The notes: a model not told the origin generated them from the sequence alone. A stretch of 64,000 nt of DNA from Eledone cirrhosa (GCA_964016885.1 OZ024740.1:282472001-282536000), one strand, 5' to 3'; shown: positions 29,452 through 43,391, counted from the first letter of the stretch. Numbers and translations: made by a program.

Positions 29452-29515
29452 TGTACTCCCGTTTCATGTTTGTTTCTTCTTTTCGTGCAGCCCAAACTGC
29501 ACACATACAAGCACG

Positions 29516-29610
<95 letters not shown>

Positions 29611-29944
29611 CACACACACACACACACCACACACACACACATACACACACTGTATTATACTATCATAATATCAACATCGCTAGGTGCAAGCGAAACTTGA
29701 ACGCAAGCTGGAAAAATCACCTAAACGCTGGGTACAGTTCACCAAATGTGTTTCAGAAAGAATACAAGGATTTCATATAATGATCATATCAGAAAAAAAA
29801 GGTCTTATGAAGTGGAATCTGGCCGACCGGCTAGTATTCTCTTAACTTTATGCTATGGGAATAGAAATCATATATGGAATGGAAAGTGTTGTTTTTTTAA
29901 TTGTCATAGAACTAAAATAGAACTTAGAAAAATCAAAGAATCGA

Positions 29945-30231
29945 CAGTCGATCGACTCTCGTCAAATCGGACCGAGGAATCAGTATTTCCATTTGTCTTT
30001 CCAATTGCTAATACTATCTATCGGTCGCAACTCCGAGTAGAAGGAGCAACATAAAATAAAGTGTCTTGCCCAAGGACATAACGCATCGCGCGGTCCCGGA
30101 ATCGAATTCACAATCTCACGATTGTGAACCCAATTTTCTAACCACGCAGCAACGCGCTGGAGTTGCGACCGATAGAGAATATTAGCAATTGGAAAGAACA
30201 ATGGAAACATTTGACGAAGGTCGATCGACTG

Positions 30232-30235
<4 letters not shown>
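29945..30235 (-). mobile_element. tRNA(Arg)-like SINE family S2, with inverted partial duplicate
   Basis: Reverse complement of the 45210-45422 type; 30157-30235 repeats the 3' part in the opposite orientation. Confidence 0.8.
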
Positions 30236-30275
<40 letters not shown>

Positions 30276-30292
30276 CACACACACACACACAT

Positions 30293-30333
<41 letters not shown>

Positions 30334-30544
30334 ATTTCATCGTAGTAAATTTCATAGACATCTAGGTGTCCTTGCGACAGAGACATGCACATACATACAC
30401 CTACCTATATGCAATGAGTTGTCATATATATATTTTATGTATATTGTCTATTTGTAATTGAGTAGGTATATACAGTGTCATACATGTATGTACAGTCATG
30501 CTTATGCCTGTATATATAAATATATATATATACAGGCATAAGCA

Positions 30545-30988
30545 ATCCAGGCAAAGGAGTCAATGGCCATCTAAAATCACCGGGAGAGATGACCCCTTAG
30601 CCTTTGTCAAGGTAGAATTCTAGGAGAAGGAAAACTCTGATATAACACCTGCAATCCTGATGGTATCCAATGATGTTGACTTGTTCTTCTTTTTGGTAAA
30701 TATCATCTTGGTTAAGAGAGTGGGACTGGCTTTGTGCAGAGCCTTTGCTCACTATAAAAGCTTCACGGCACAGGCATTGCTTTATATCTGGAGATGTCTC
30801 TGCACTTGTCGTCACATGGTACCATGGGCCCAGCACTATGTGTCAATAATTGTCACAAGTGTAGTGTTTGTGCTTGAGTTTTCAAGTCGCTGGCTGGACT
30901 CAAATGTCACACTCGTTCAGGGCATCGGTAGGGGTTCTCCTACATAGATATAAAGTAGTGGCCGTACTCGAAAACGAGTTGGCAGCCA

Positions 30989-30990
<2 letters not shown>
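30545..30990 (+). mobile_element. RTE-derived bipartite non-autonomous element
   Basis: RTE-like 5' motif ctaggagaaggaaaactctgat fused to a 3' end encoding C..C.RVFKSLAGL; second copy 40617-40858. Confidence 0.6.
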
Positions 30991-31024
<34 letters not shown>

Positions 31025-31217
31025 CTATATATATATGGGTGTGTGTAGGTTTAGATAATGATGTATGATTTATTTCTAAACATATATAGATATGTGTGCG
31101 TATATGTATGAAAGGCGCTATACGCACGTGTTGTTTTTTGTGTATATGCGTGTGCATATATATATAACAAAATTAATAATAATAGTGATAATTATATAAT
31201 AATAATAATTAGACTTA

Positions 31218-31481
31218 TATAATAATTGTTTCAACTTTTCGGCACAAGGCTAGCAATTACACAGTACATTACTGGTACTTAGACTTATATAATAATTGTT
31301 TCTACTTTAGGCACAAGGCCAGCAATTACCCAATGCATTACTGGTACTTTATTTTATCGACCCCGTAAGGATGAAAGGCAAAGTCAACCTCGGCGGGATT
31401 TGAACTCAGATCGTAAAGGGACGTAACTATGCTGGACAGCATGGCGTTCGACCCTCTACTGATACTGCCAATCCACCGCCC
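31218..31481 (-). mobile_element. SINE S1 with partial tail duplication
   Basis: Nearly identical to 36084-36274. Confidence 0.85.
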
Positions 31482-31659
31482 TAGACATATATAATAATGT
31501 GAGTAAATATTGGTGCAAAAATTTAGATTAGCGCTGGACTAGTATTAATATCCCAACACATGATACATTATTCTAGAATGATCGCAGGTTACATCTATAT
31601 AAACCTCATTGTCTGTGTTTGTCTAGTCAGTGGTATTACTTTCAAATTAGTAATCATAT

Positions 31660-31696
<37 letters not shown>

Positions 31697-31863
31697 GACT
31701 ACTCGTGAAGGATGCAGATAGAGTCTAAATGTCATGTGAATTATTAATTGTAACTTTGGTTCCTTGTTTATATGTACTAGCATGGCTGTTATCTGTATAG
31801 AAGCAATTGTTGAGATTAAAGATAAAGATGGATTTAATCAACATCTTTGATTTCATTCTGTAT

Positions 31864-31915
<52 letters not shown>

Positions 31916-31917
<2 letters not shown>

Positions 31918-32037
31918 GGAAAAAGTATGACCCCGACGGCAGGGGTCATATATTTTCCTATTACCCACTCTACTACCCTAAGTATTGAGTACTCTGGTGC
32001 GTTATGGTCCATCTGGTTCCTTACCACATTTCCTTCG

Positions 32038-32040
<3 letters not shown>
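31916..32040 (+). mobile_element. Family A pLTR 3' fragment with short inverted head, between (TA)n tracts
   Basis: aggaaaaagtatgacccc..ggggtcatatattttcct hairpin followed by the pLTR tail. Confidence 0.8.
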
Positions 32041-32080
<40 letters not shown>

Positions 32081-32116
32081 GGTGTTAAAGTTTGCTTGAA
32101 GCATTGTGAAATGTGT

Positions 32117-32400
32117 AAAATACGTAGTTTAGAAAGCCACAACAATGCAGAGGGAAATCTCGAGGTAGGAAGTGAATGATAGATAGGAGAAAGTGAAAAT
32201 TGGGAGAGACAAAGATGAAAACAAAACAAAGGTAGAAGGGTTACCGTGGTGGAGATTTGAAATCTCCACCACGGTAACCCTTCTAGCTTTGTTTTGTTTT
32301 CATCTTTGTCTCTCTCAATTTTCACTTTCTCCTATCTATCATTCACTTCCTACCTAGAGATTTCCCTTTGCATTGTTATGGCTTTCTAAACTACGTATTT
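32117..32400. repeat. ~140 bp-arm fold-back with 1 nt loop (centre 32259)
   Basis: ...gggttaccgtggtggagattt G aaatctccaccacggtaaccc... Confidence 0.9.
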
Positions 32401-32419
32401 ATATATATATATATATATG

Positions 32420-33560
32420 AGAAAGTATGACTCCGACGGCAGAGCTCAAGCCGTTTCGACGGCTATTTCTGGACTAAAGTAAGAGTTTTTTTTAGTCTGG
32501 TAAATAAATACCCAAACTTTTCAAGGGGTATTTCCTTATATGGGAAGATTGTAGTTGTCAAGTGGATTGGTCAAAATTTGTAGCAGCCACAGAAAAGTAT
32601 ATCATGGCAGTGGGTGCGGGGTGGGGTTGGCTGAACTTGCCTGTAGAACGATAGGGGAGTGGGTAGAGCCGGTCAAGCGTAGAAGGTGAAATCTACACGG
32701 CAAATTCTAAGGAATGTGTATGAAAGTAGGCCAGTGGAGGTTGGCGAAAAAACGTTTCTTTAGAAAGTGGAGGAGGGACGTTATACATCTCTGGGGTCTA
32801 ATACCCTGAGGCAGCGCATCGGGCCTCTTTAGCCTCAGTACCCCCCACCCGAGTAACTTACAGATAGCATTCGCCGATTACGCTATACTAACTATTCATA
32901 GCAGCTGTATTAGACCCCAGACATGTGGTATTAATTTTTAATTCTAAATTTTCAATAATTTTCATCTAGCAACTCATTCTGTAGCTTTGGCTGAAATAGC
33001 AGCACCAACTAAATATAGCAGCTGTGTTAGACTCCTTAGTTTTATTTCACTTCTCACTTTCCAATCTTACATTCTGATACATCTTTCTCTCATTTTTTAT
33101 TATATTCTCTTTTATTATATTTTTCATTGTCCCCTAATCGCATTTGATTTACTATTTCTATATCGTCCCTTTATAATGTCTTTGCGTGTAATTCTTCTCA
33201 CCGTTCCACATAATGACGTATTATCTTCGTTTCTTCCGTTCATTGCCAGAGAACGTCTCCATGAACCACCTAAAAGAATATTAGTCTACGACTTCATTTC
33301 TGCCATAAACGTGGTTTTGTCTTCGCCCGTAATTGTTTTCACCGCACTAAATATGACGTATTATCTTCGTTTTTTTCTGTTCTTTGCCAGGGAACGTTTC
33401 CACGAACGAAAGTATACTTTTCCTGTCTTCCTTCGGTTGAAACGTTTTTTAAATATTTACTTCTGCGTTCACAGATTGACTTTTTTAGTTTCATAAGATC
33501 CCGTTAGGGTGAAAGCAGCGATTCTTTGCTTAAACTTTAATCTGTTATTTTAATAAATAT
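32420..33560 (+). mobile_element. Penelope-like 3' remnant: inverted family-A pLTR (degenerate HHR 32431-32528, minus) plus 3'UTR-like region ending in a family-D hammerhead-like fold (33487-33536)
   Basis: Homology to 55800-56100 and 57750-57775; AGUUU-CAUAAGA-UCCC.guua.GGGU-GAAAGCA..UGCUU-AAACU. Confidence 0.6.
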
Positions 33561-33922
33561 ATATATATATAAAGATTTACATATACATAAAGTCATAGAT
33601 ATATATGTGACAACCGGTCACGTTGTGGCTCAATGAAGAATTAATAAATTAAATAATCAGAGCAATATATCATAAATCATGTCCTTAGAATTATTAGATA
33701 TAATATATACCATTTTCTCTCCCAATTAGAATAATTAAACATATAAAAAATCAATTAGACCAGGCTATAAGAATAAAGGCTTCTATGAAGAAATTTTCGA
33801 CAAATAACCGAAAGTGGCCTCTTCGCGGTGACCCCAATAGAGTATTTATCCAACATTTTAACAGCATGTAGAAACTGACTAAATATACCGTCAACCATAC
33901 ACAATATATATATATTTATATA

Positions 33923-34115
<193 letters not shown>

Positions 34116-34269
34116 ATTGATTCTTTTTGAATTTGCCACCGACGCAGAGGCAGTGATTTTCTCAATGGCTAGGAATTCAGTCCACGCTTTGCTATTTTCT
34201 ATCCACTGAAATATTTTTTACTAAGTTTCCAGAGTCCACGCTTTGCCTGGATACTTAGATGAGAATAGT

Positions 34270-34352
34270 CTTCCCTGACGACGGAATGATTCTCTGTATT
34301 TTTTTCTTCGGAAAATATATTTATTCCATTCCAGAAACTAATTAGTTGGAAG
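34270..34352 (+). ncRNA. Type I hammerhead with long helix II insertion (family E)
   Basis: CUUCC-CUGACGA-c[GGAAUG...CAUUCC]a-GAAAC-UAAUUA-GUU-GGAAG, within repeat 34110-34403. Confidence 0.75.
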
Positions 34353-34398
34353 TGATATTTTAGTAAGTAAGTTAATTTTATAATTTTCTTATTTTACG

Positions 34399-34521
<123 letters not shown>

Positions 34522-34539
34522 ATATATATGCATATATAT

Positions 34540-35240
34540 AATTCGGGATGTTTGTTTACAAACAAACCGAGCATTATAATAAATGTTCAGTAAATCCGTA
34601 CGTGCATATATATATGTGTGCATGTCTGTATATATATATATACATACTACTGTATGTCTGTACACATATATGTATGTACGTATACATACTTATATTTAGG
34701 TAACAGCCGTACTAAGAGTGAGAAATGAAATTTCGTTTTATTTTTTTCCATTTATCGTTTCCGGTGCGCCCGGCCAATTAACTTACTCGATATGCAAATT
34801 AGGCTGCTCAGCCGTTAATATGCATAAGGAAAGTATATACTTTCAGACGTTCAATCATCTGGCAGGAAGGTATACGGTGCTGACGATAGCTAATAAGCTT
34901 GAAACTAGTTCATCGTTCCTTTGTCAGTGTTGAACAAAAGGGCAACGATGGTTGCTAAACACTGTACGGTTTAATTCGGGATGTTTGTTTACAAACAAAC
35001 CGAGCATTATAATAAATGTTCGGCATATACGTGCATATATATATGTGTGCATGTATGTATATATATATACATACTACTGTACGTCTGTATACATATATGT
35101 ATGTACGTATACATACTTATATTTAAGTAACAGCCGTACTAAGAGTGAGAAATGAAATTTCGTTTCATTTTTTCCATTTATTGTTTTCGGTGCGCCCGGC
35201 CGTTTAACTCACTCGATATATGTATGTACGTATACATACT
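34540..35240 (+). mobile_element. HHR-bearing tandem repeat family F (~430 nt unit, ~1.6 copies)
   Basis: attcgggatgtttg at 34541 and 34974; actaagagtgagaaatg at 34711 and 35138; no ORF. Confidence 0.85.
34874..34916 (+). ncRNA. Minimal type I hammerhead (family F)
   Basis: ACGGUG-CUGACGA-uAGCU.aaua.AGCUu-GAAAC-UA-GUU-CAUCGU. Confidence 0.8.
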
Positions 35241-35272
<32 letters not shown>

Positions 35273-35274
<2 letters not shown>

Positions 35275-36028
35275 ATGCTTTCTTGACCACTTTTTCAGTT
35301 TTGTATGGCTTCTTAACACATTGTTTAGCTCTGGTTTTCAACTATTGAGCACTTTGCCAGTATCATCTCTGATTTTGGCGTTTCGTTTCGCTTTTCCTAC
35401 CCGCCGAAATGCGATTCTCGCTGAATCTATATTTTTATTAATCTCCCGTGTCTTACAATTAACTTGTTAATAATTTTTATTGACAGGTTAATTGTATAAG
35501 TTTATTTTAAAAACCACCCGGTTGAGAACTTATTCGATTTGTGCTATTTATGCATGATATACACTTACTGAATTCTTTTGCCAAAATCTGGGTTATTTCC
35601 CCTAGTGATTTCCACACGTGGCCTCTGTGTCAATCACATATTTTGTACGGAGCAAAATACCTGTTGAGAACGTGATATTCCTTGTTCGATCATTATAACC
35701 AAAGCTTATATTTTTAAGCAGACAGTATTTTGATTTAGGTGTCATTGAAACCCTGCATTGGATTTTAACAGCTATTCCGAGGGTCCAGGTCTGGTTTTAT
35801 TATTTATTTTTTATCGTTTAATTAGTTTTGACATGTTTAGCTTGATTTGCTTTTTGGCTTCGGTGGTTAATGCTTTCTTGAGCACTTTTTCAGTTTTGTA
35901 TGGCTTCTTAACACATTGTTTAGCCCTGGTTTTTAACTATGGACCACTTTGCCAGTGTCATCTCTGATTTTTGCGTTTCGTTTCGCCTTTCCGACCCGCC
36001 GAAATGCGATTCTCGCTGAATCTATATT

Positions 36029-36030
<2 letters not shown>
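35273..36030. mobile_element. (TA)n-flanked element with ~160 bp terminal direct repeats (period ~595)
   Basis: taatgctttcttga...gctgaatctatattt at 35273-35435 and 35868-36030. Confidence 0.75.
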
Positions 36031-36083
<53 letters not shown>

Positions 36084-36087
<4 letters not shown>

Positions 36088-36274
36088 ATTGTTTCTACTT
36101 TAGGCACAAGGCCAGCAATTACCTAGTGCATTACTGGTACTTTATTTTATCGACCCCGTAAGGATGAAAGGCAAAGTCAACCTCGGCGGGATTTGAACTC
36201 AGATCGTAAAGGGACGTAACTATGCTGGAAAGCATGGCGTCCGACCCTCTACTGATACTGCCAATCCACCGCCC
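36084..36274 (-). mobile_element. SINE S1
   Basis: Full-length, A/B boxes on the minus strand. Confidence 0.85.
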
Positions 36275-36341
36275 TTATATATAATATAATATAATGAAAT
36301 GACAGGAGGCTGGACTTGTGTAAATCCTTAAAAGGTTTTTT

Positions 36342-36398
36342 ATACTAGATCATTTCAATGACCGGGTTCTGTATGAATCCGGTGACATCATCAGGTAT
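36342..36398 (-). ncRNA. Hammerhead-like fold inside fold-back repeat 36290-36532
   Basis: AUAC-CUGAUGA-[..ACCGG..CCGGU..]-GAAA-UGAUC-UA-GUAU; helix II base and helix III imperfect. Confidence 0.5.
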
Positions 36399-36670
36399 TC
36401 GAAATATAATAAGTGAATGTAATAGATAAAATCCATGGGGCTGAAAATCAAAGACCCAAGGACGACCGCCATCCAGCGTCTTCCACCTTTGCCGGTCTCC
36501 CTCAAGTCCAGCTTCCTGTCATTTCATTATAATATTTAACTCCGTAATAGCACCACCAACTACAAAAACAAAGACGGTTGAACTGCTTTACGTTGAGTAC
36601 TCTCCATATTATTACATTAAGATTGACCATACGGAATTGACCAGCTCTATCCAGTGGTGAACCTCAATCC

Positions 36671-36707
<37 letters not shown>

Positions 36708-36710
<3 letters not shown>

Positions 36711-38480
36711 ATCTTCCAGTGCAAAAGCATCCATAAATATATATGGTATAAGGGGAATCAAGGACAGAAATCAATAATTGATTTTGTTATTGTCTCTGAC
36801 CTCTTCGATTCTATGATGGATGTTTCTTTTAGGAGACAGGGTTAGCTGACAACTGATCACATCTAGTTATCTGCAATCTGAGATTACTTAAATCCAAGAA
36901 TGCCCACAAATCTATAAAACTGACAGGTCCAGCTTGACTTACAGGATAAAAGGAGAAGCGGTTACGGATAAGGATATCAGGACCAAGTATGCGTATCCTA
37001 TTGCATGCAAAGTCAGATCACTCCTTGAGCAAGCTGAAGACGTTAAAATGGAATAGTGACTTTAGCACGACAGTTTCTGATTGAAATATTAAATACTGCG
37101 CTTGAAAGCGGCTTGTTGCGTCGACGGGTGGCAGGAAAAACCCTTGGTTCAAACTAGTGGTTAAAGATACTATCCCAGCAGAAGGGGAGTTACAAAGCTT
37201 GGCTGTAAAATATGTCCTGCTTCTTGCAGTTGAGGTACAAGCAGGCGCGAAATGTCGAAGCAGGAACAATAAAGGCGTCCAAAGTTAAGACATGGGAGAA
37301 CTCTGTGTTTCAGCTGGAATTGTCCGAGAGGTACATTCTCGCGAGGAAGAGAGAATATTTTGCTGATCCACTAACAACAGTATATTCTGATGTACATGGG
37401 ATGCATCTGGAAGCGATGATTAATCTCTCGGAGGCTAACAATTAAAGAGCAGAAATGTGGAAAAGGCTCTTGCGATGATTAAATTAGGCCCGAGATGTTA
37501 AAAACCTTAAATAGAGAAGGTATTATCCTTCTGATTCGTGTGTGCCAGGTGGCCTGGGTCACTGGAAAGGCACCTAAGCAATGGCAACCGGGAGTGATAA
37601 TCCCAATTTTCAAGTATGCTGCAAGAGACATTGTCCTAATTATAGCATGATCTCACTGTTAAGTCTCCCCTGTAGATTCTATGCTAAGTGTCTGGAAAAG
37701 AGATGTAAAGATATTGTCGAGTCCAACCTAGTTGACGAACAGTGTGATTTTATTCCGGATGCAGCACAGCCGAAAAACTATTCACACCAAGCAGGTCTTT
37801 GCGAAATTGTGAGAGTATTGCCAAGAGGTGTATGCTTGTTTCGTTGAACTCAAAACGGCATATGACCGCGTTCCTTGAGACCTGCTGTGGAAGGTTCTGC
37901 AGGAGTATGTAATCGATGGCAGCCTCTTGTTGCCTTGGTGTTTCTATACGAATGCGCTAATATTTGCATTCGGATAAAGGGTGTTAAATGTGGGTGTCGG
38001 ACTCCGCCATGTCTGCGTACTGTAACCTCTCAGGTTCATAACCTTCATGGACAAAATTGACATGCGCAGCCAAATTGGAAGTCGTATCACGGCTGGCAGG
38101 TGTATTCAGTTGGAATCCTAGGTCGACATGGATTAATTAAATCGTCAGAAGATAATCTCTGACACGCACATGAGGGGTTTGCTCCACAGCTGGAATGAAA
38201 ATCAGTGCGGCGAAGACTGGAACACTCCTCTTCACAAGGAACGCTGCGTAGTGCATTCTATATATGGGTGGATTTCCACTGAAGCAGATGGAGACGTTCA
38301 AGTATCTCTGGGCCGTATTCACGATTGATGGAAGGCAGCAGGCTGAATTCAGTGCAAAAATTGCGGGCGCTGGTTCAGTAATGTGCCAGTTTCAGCATTC
38401 TGTCATCAGAAGAATTGGGGCTGTAAAAGCTAAACTATCTATCTTCAATTCGGTATTCGTGCCAATCTTAACCTACATAA
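36708..38480 (+). mobile_element. Decayed RTE (Expander/Rex3-like) LINE, end of APE through RT
   Basis: HKYIWY....QKSIIDFVIVS; IRPEMLK.LN..G....RVCQVAW..GKAP; NY..ISLLSLP; LKTAYDRVP; ETFKYL...FT.DGR. Confidence 0.85.
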
Positions 38481-39704
38481 GTCTCACCATGGATATGTAT
38501 AACTGTGATCATGTCTGATACTTGGCTTTCTCATACGCCTACTGGGCAGCTGTGATAAAATATTTGACGTATCCTGTTTCGCTTATTAACTATTCACTGT
38601 CATTTATAAATTTTGCTCTATTATCCGAGTTAACGTTCATTCATGTTTTCATCATTCGTCATTGCCTTGGCCAATACAATGTTTGTCCTGTGTCTGCTTA
38701 TCTCATGAAATAATAACTGTCGCATTATTTACAAAGGGCAAACTGTTTTCTATTGGTTAATTTGTTGATTACGTATTTGACGAAATGGAGTTATAGTATC
38801 TATCTTCAAAAGACAAAAGGCGAAATTGTTGGAGAAGATTGTTATTAAAAGCTATCTCAACCTCCTTTGGGATATTTGAAGTGGGTGCAATTGTTAGGGT
38901 CAGCGTGGTTGCCATTTCGGGGAAAGGATGTGTGTTTTCAAAGATTAGGAATTATTCACGTTCAGAGAAAAAATAATTGAAAAGTTAGTAAAGTATGGTT
39001 TCTATCTCCAGAGTGATATTGTTTGAGTGACATGAACTGGACAATGCCAAGTCCAGTTTCCGAGTTGATTTGAAGTGACTGTAGGTAATTTTTCACATGA
39101 CATGAATGTGTAGATGGTGGTGGGAATAGTTTGGGGAGATAATTAACAATGGTGTGTTGTGTAGAGTTGTAAATTTCTCTTCCTAATTTGGATGGTTGGA
39201 AGAGACACTATGTACACGAGTACCTCGTTGTAATAAGTGGGGTGCAGATATCTGTATCAACTGATGAACCGAAGATTATTCTGCTAATGCTGTTCATTAG
39301 GCTTCTAACCAGAGCAAGTTTGTCACTGTATTTGTTACCAAACTCATGGTGCCATCAGGCCGTCTGACTTTCCACCTGGTCAGCAACCAAGAAAATTGAT
39401 GTCACTCATCCTTCCTCTTCAGCACGTGACCCTATCAACACTTATTCAGGACACATCTGAAGAGATAGTCGTGTTTACGTTTAACGATACCATTGGTAAT
39501 ACACATATAAACTAATCTGTTAATGTATATATTCTCGAGCAGTCTCCAATATATAAATTTACATAAACAATACGATTTCGGACAAAATATCAAGTTAAAT
39601 TATAAACAAATAGAGTATAGGGTATGGTATAGTCCCGTAACGTTTGATGGGTCGTAGCAGCGCTGCAGTCATATTCGACGTTTCTTGGTTATTTTCAGCC
39701 TGGT

Positions 39705-39960
39705 GGAGCCCATCTCTCTCCAATCTTGAGTATATCAGATTTCTTCCAGAGAAGGAGAGGAAGTGACAGAGAGGAAGTGAGAAAAAGACAAAAAGGAAGA
39801 ATCGACCACAGTACTAGACTGGTACATTTTTTTATCGACCTGGAAAAGATGAAAGGCGAAGTTGGCCTGGGCGAGAATTGAACTCAGGGAGCAGAGAGCC
39901 GGCATGAATATCACAAAACACTCTATCCGACGTTTTACCGACTCTGCCAATTCGTCGTCG
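39705..39960 (-). mobile_element. SINE (same subfamily as 3590-4115)
   Basis: atttcttccagagaagga...tagactggtac...gatgaaaggcgaagtt...ttgaactcag. Confidence 0.7.
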
Positions 39961-40616
39961 AAAGAAGATAAAACATTGTAAAAAGAATATTTCAGAAAAG
40001 TGAGAAGACAAAATGTGAACGAAGTGTATACGAAAATAGTCAAGAGAAGATCGTACGAGTGTAAAGGTATTTAGAAGCACAATGAATCTGCAGAAATACA
40101 GAATGTATAGGGATCATATATCGTTTACAGTAAGGATTTGTAGTAGGTGTAGAGGCCCTTAACTACTAGCTAAAATAGGTGACTGTACAAAAAAAGCGGT
40201 TATTAGGTTATATAAAGGTTTGAAGCAGCAATAGACCGTAAAAAATATAGCGACTGGACGTATGTTAGGAATTTGATCTCTTTAAAAATGTGTTGAGTTC
40301 GAAAGGCTTATACGATAATATTGAATTGAAAAGATATAATACAAAGTGAGGCATTAGAGGTCTCTTATAGAAGTTACAGTCGAAGTAGGCAGGATGTCAA
40401 ATTAGCTTGTTTCAGTGCTCACTAACGTAAACCTGTCTATGATATCTAGAACTGGTCGCTAGATTCTATAAAGGTTTAAAATACTAATTGATAGTAATAA
40501 AGAGATAATTTTAACATATACGAGTATTTCGTTTGGACAGCTAATAATTTGGAAAATGTGTATGACGACTATGTATGTATGCATTCATGTATGCATGTAT
40601 GTATGTATGTATGTAT

Positions 40617-40858
40617 GTTATATCAGAGTTTTCCTTCTCCTAATTGCTTTATATCTGGAGATCTCCCTGCACTTGTCATCACATGGTACCATGGGCCCAG
40701 CACTATGTGTCAATAATTGTCACAAGTGTAGTGTTTGTACCAGAGTTTTCAAGTCGCTGGCTGGACTAAAAAGTCACACTCCTTCAGCGCATCGGTAGGG
40801 GTTCTCCTACATGGATATAAAGTAGTGGCCGTACTCGAAAACGAGTTGGCAGCCGCCA
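40617..40858 (+). mobile_element. RTE-derived element with inverted 5' piece
   Basis: tatcagagttttccttctccta (reverse of 30621-30642) joined to a 3' part matching 30777-30988. Confidence 0.65.
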
Positions 40859-41064
40859 TGTATGTATGTATATATATATACATATATATATGTGCATGTG
40901 TGTGTGTGCGCATATGCTTGGGTGTGTGTTTTTGTGTGTCTGTTTGTATTTACGTTTTTGTTTGTGTTTATGCCTAGTGAAATAGAGATTGATGAAATAT
41001 GTACTAGTGGGGAAAAATAAGTACGATCGGCTCAATGAAGGCGGCGTCCTACCAGAGCTGTAGC

Positions 41065-41667
<603 letters not shown>

Positions 41668-41871
41668 GTTATACTTGGAGAGGGTCATATTTGTGTAATA
41701 ATGCCAGAATTAATAACAGCACACACTCACTGTTTGGTTGGTTTTCGCTTCTCGCTTCTGTGTCTTTTATATCGGTAATCTAACTTACTCGGTCCTCAAT
41801 GTTGCCATTGACTGATCGACGGTCAAAAATAATACAGATACAATATAGACACAAACACATATATATAGTTT

Positions 41872-41913
41872 ATCATAAATCTTTCGTTGCACATCTGCAA
41901 CATCGTCAGTGGT
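41872..41913 (-). ncRNA. Type I hammerhead with extra nucleotide after A9 (family G-related)
   Basis: ACCA-CUGACGA-u-GUUGCA.gaug.UGCAAC-GAAAG-AU-UUA-UGAU. Confidence 0.6.
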
Positions 41914-42145
41914 GCTATTTTTTCCTCCTGTTGTATTGTAAGTTTACGCCATTTTTATTCAGTCTGTCTATATATTTATTTATTTATTTATTTGCTTGTT
42001 TGTTTATTTTATTTTGTCTTCTTTGCGCATGCTTTTGCGTGTGTGTATAGTGTTTTGTTTGCTGTGTGATGGGTGACTAGTGTGTGTTTATATGCTTGTT
42101 GTTATTGTGCTTGTGTATGTATTTATATATATATATTGGTAAAAG

Positions 42146-42686
<541 letters not shown>

Positions 42687-43196
42687 ATACAACTTTTTGA
42701 CATTAAGTGATATGTTTGATGTAGTTCTGTATATTTTGATATCTATATTATTATATTATTATATTATTTCTTGTATAACTTATATTTTGTATAGTTTATT
42801 TTTTGTATAGTTTATGCGCACCGTCAGGGTGTTTTTATTTTATTTTATATTATAAAGAGTATATTTATACTTATTAAGTGTTAGTATGTGTTTGTGTAAA
42901 TGTATATGTATATGGATATATATATATAAATATACATTTATTAAGCCTTATTACCCATTATATTGTATTGTAATTCCCATATTATATTACCACGTTGTAT
43001 TCAATGTATTTGTATCACACTGTAATTTCTACATTCGTTGGACATTTTACTCACTTCCTTGCCATATAATCTATTTTTGTAACTTTTAGCTTTAGCATGC
43101 TTTTCCTTCATATCTCTCATAACCTTTCATAGATATGAATTCACTATTCTTCTGAGTTTTGGCTAGTTCTGGCCGTTAATGCTTCTTATCTGTTTA

Positions 43197-43241
43197 ATTG
43201 CCCTGATGAGTCCTTAATGGGACGAAACATTGTAGGCTAAT
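43197..43241 (+). ncRNA. Canonical-core minimal type I hammerhead ribozyme
   Basis: GCC-CUGAUGA-GUCC.uuaaug.GGAC-GAAAC-AUU-GUA-GGC, immediately followed by AATAAA; predicted cleavage after A43234. Confidence 0.85.
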
Positions 43242-43391
43242 AAAGACTTTTGATGTATTGAAGGCTTCTTTGTCTATTTTTATAATTTTTCGGCTCTGTT
43301 GTATTACATTGAGCTATATCCTATACTGTCATTTCTATAATATGACGAATGTGTTTTAATCCAACGCACTCTAGCATTTTAATTTTTAATT

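Noticed and set aside
32987-33496. 169 aa hydrophobic ORF
   Set aside because: T-rich 3'UTR-like sequence with an internal ~140 bp duplication; composition artefact
38870-39480. Possible decayed coding sequence on the minus strand
   Set aside because: Strand-skewed composition, but I could not recognise any motif
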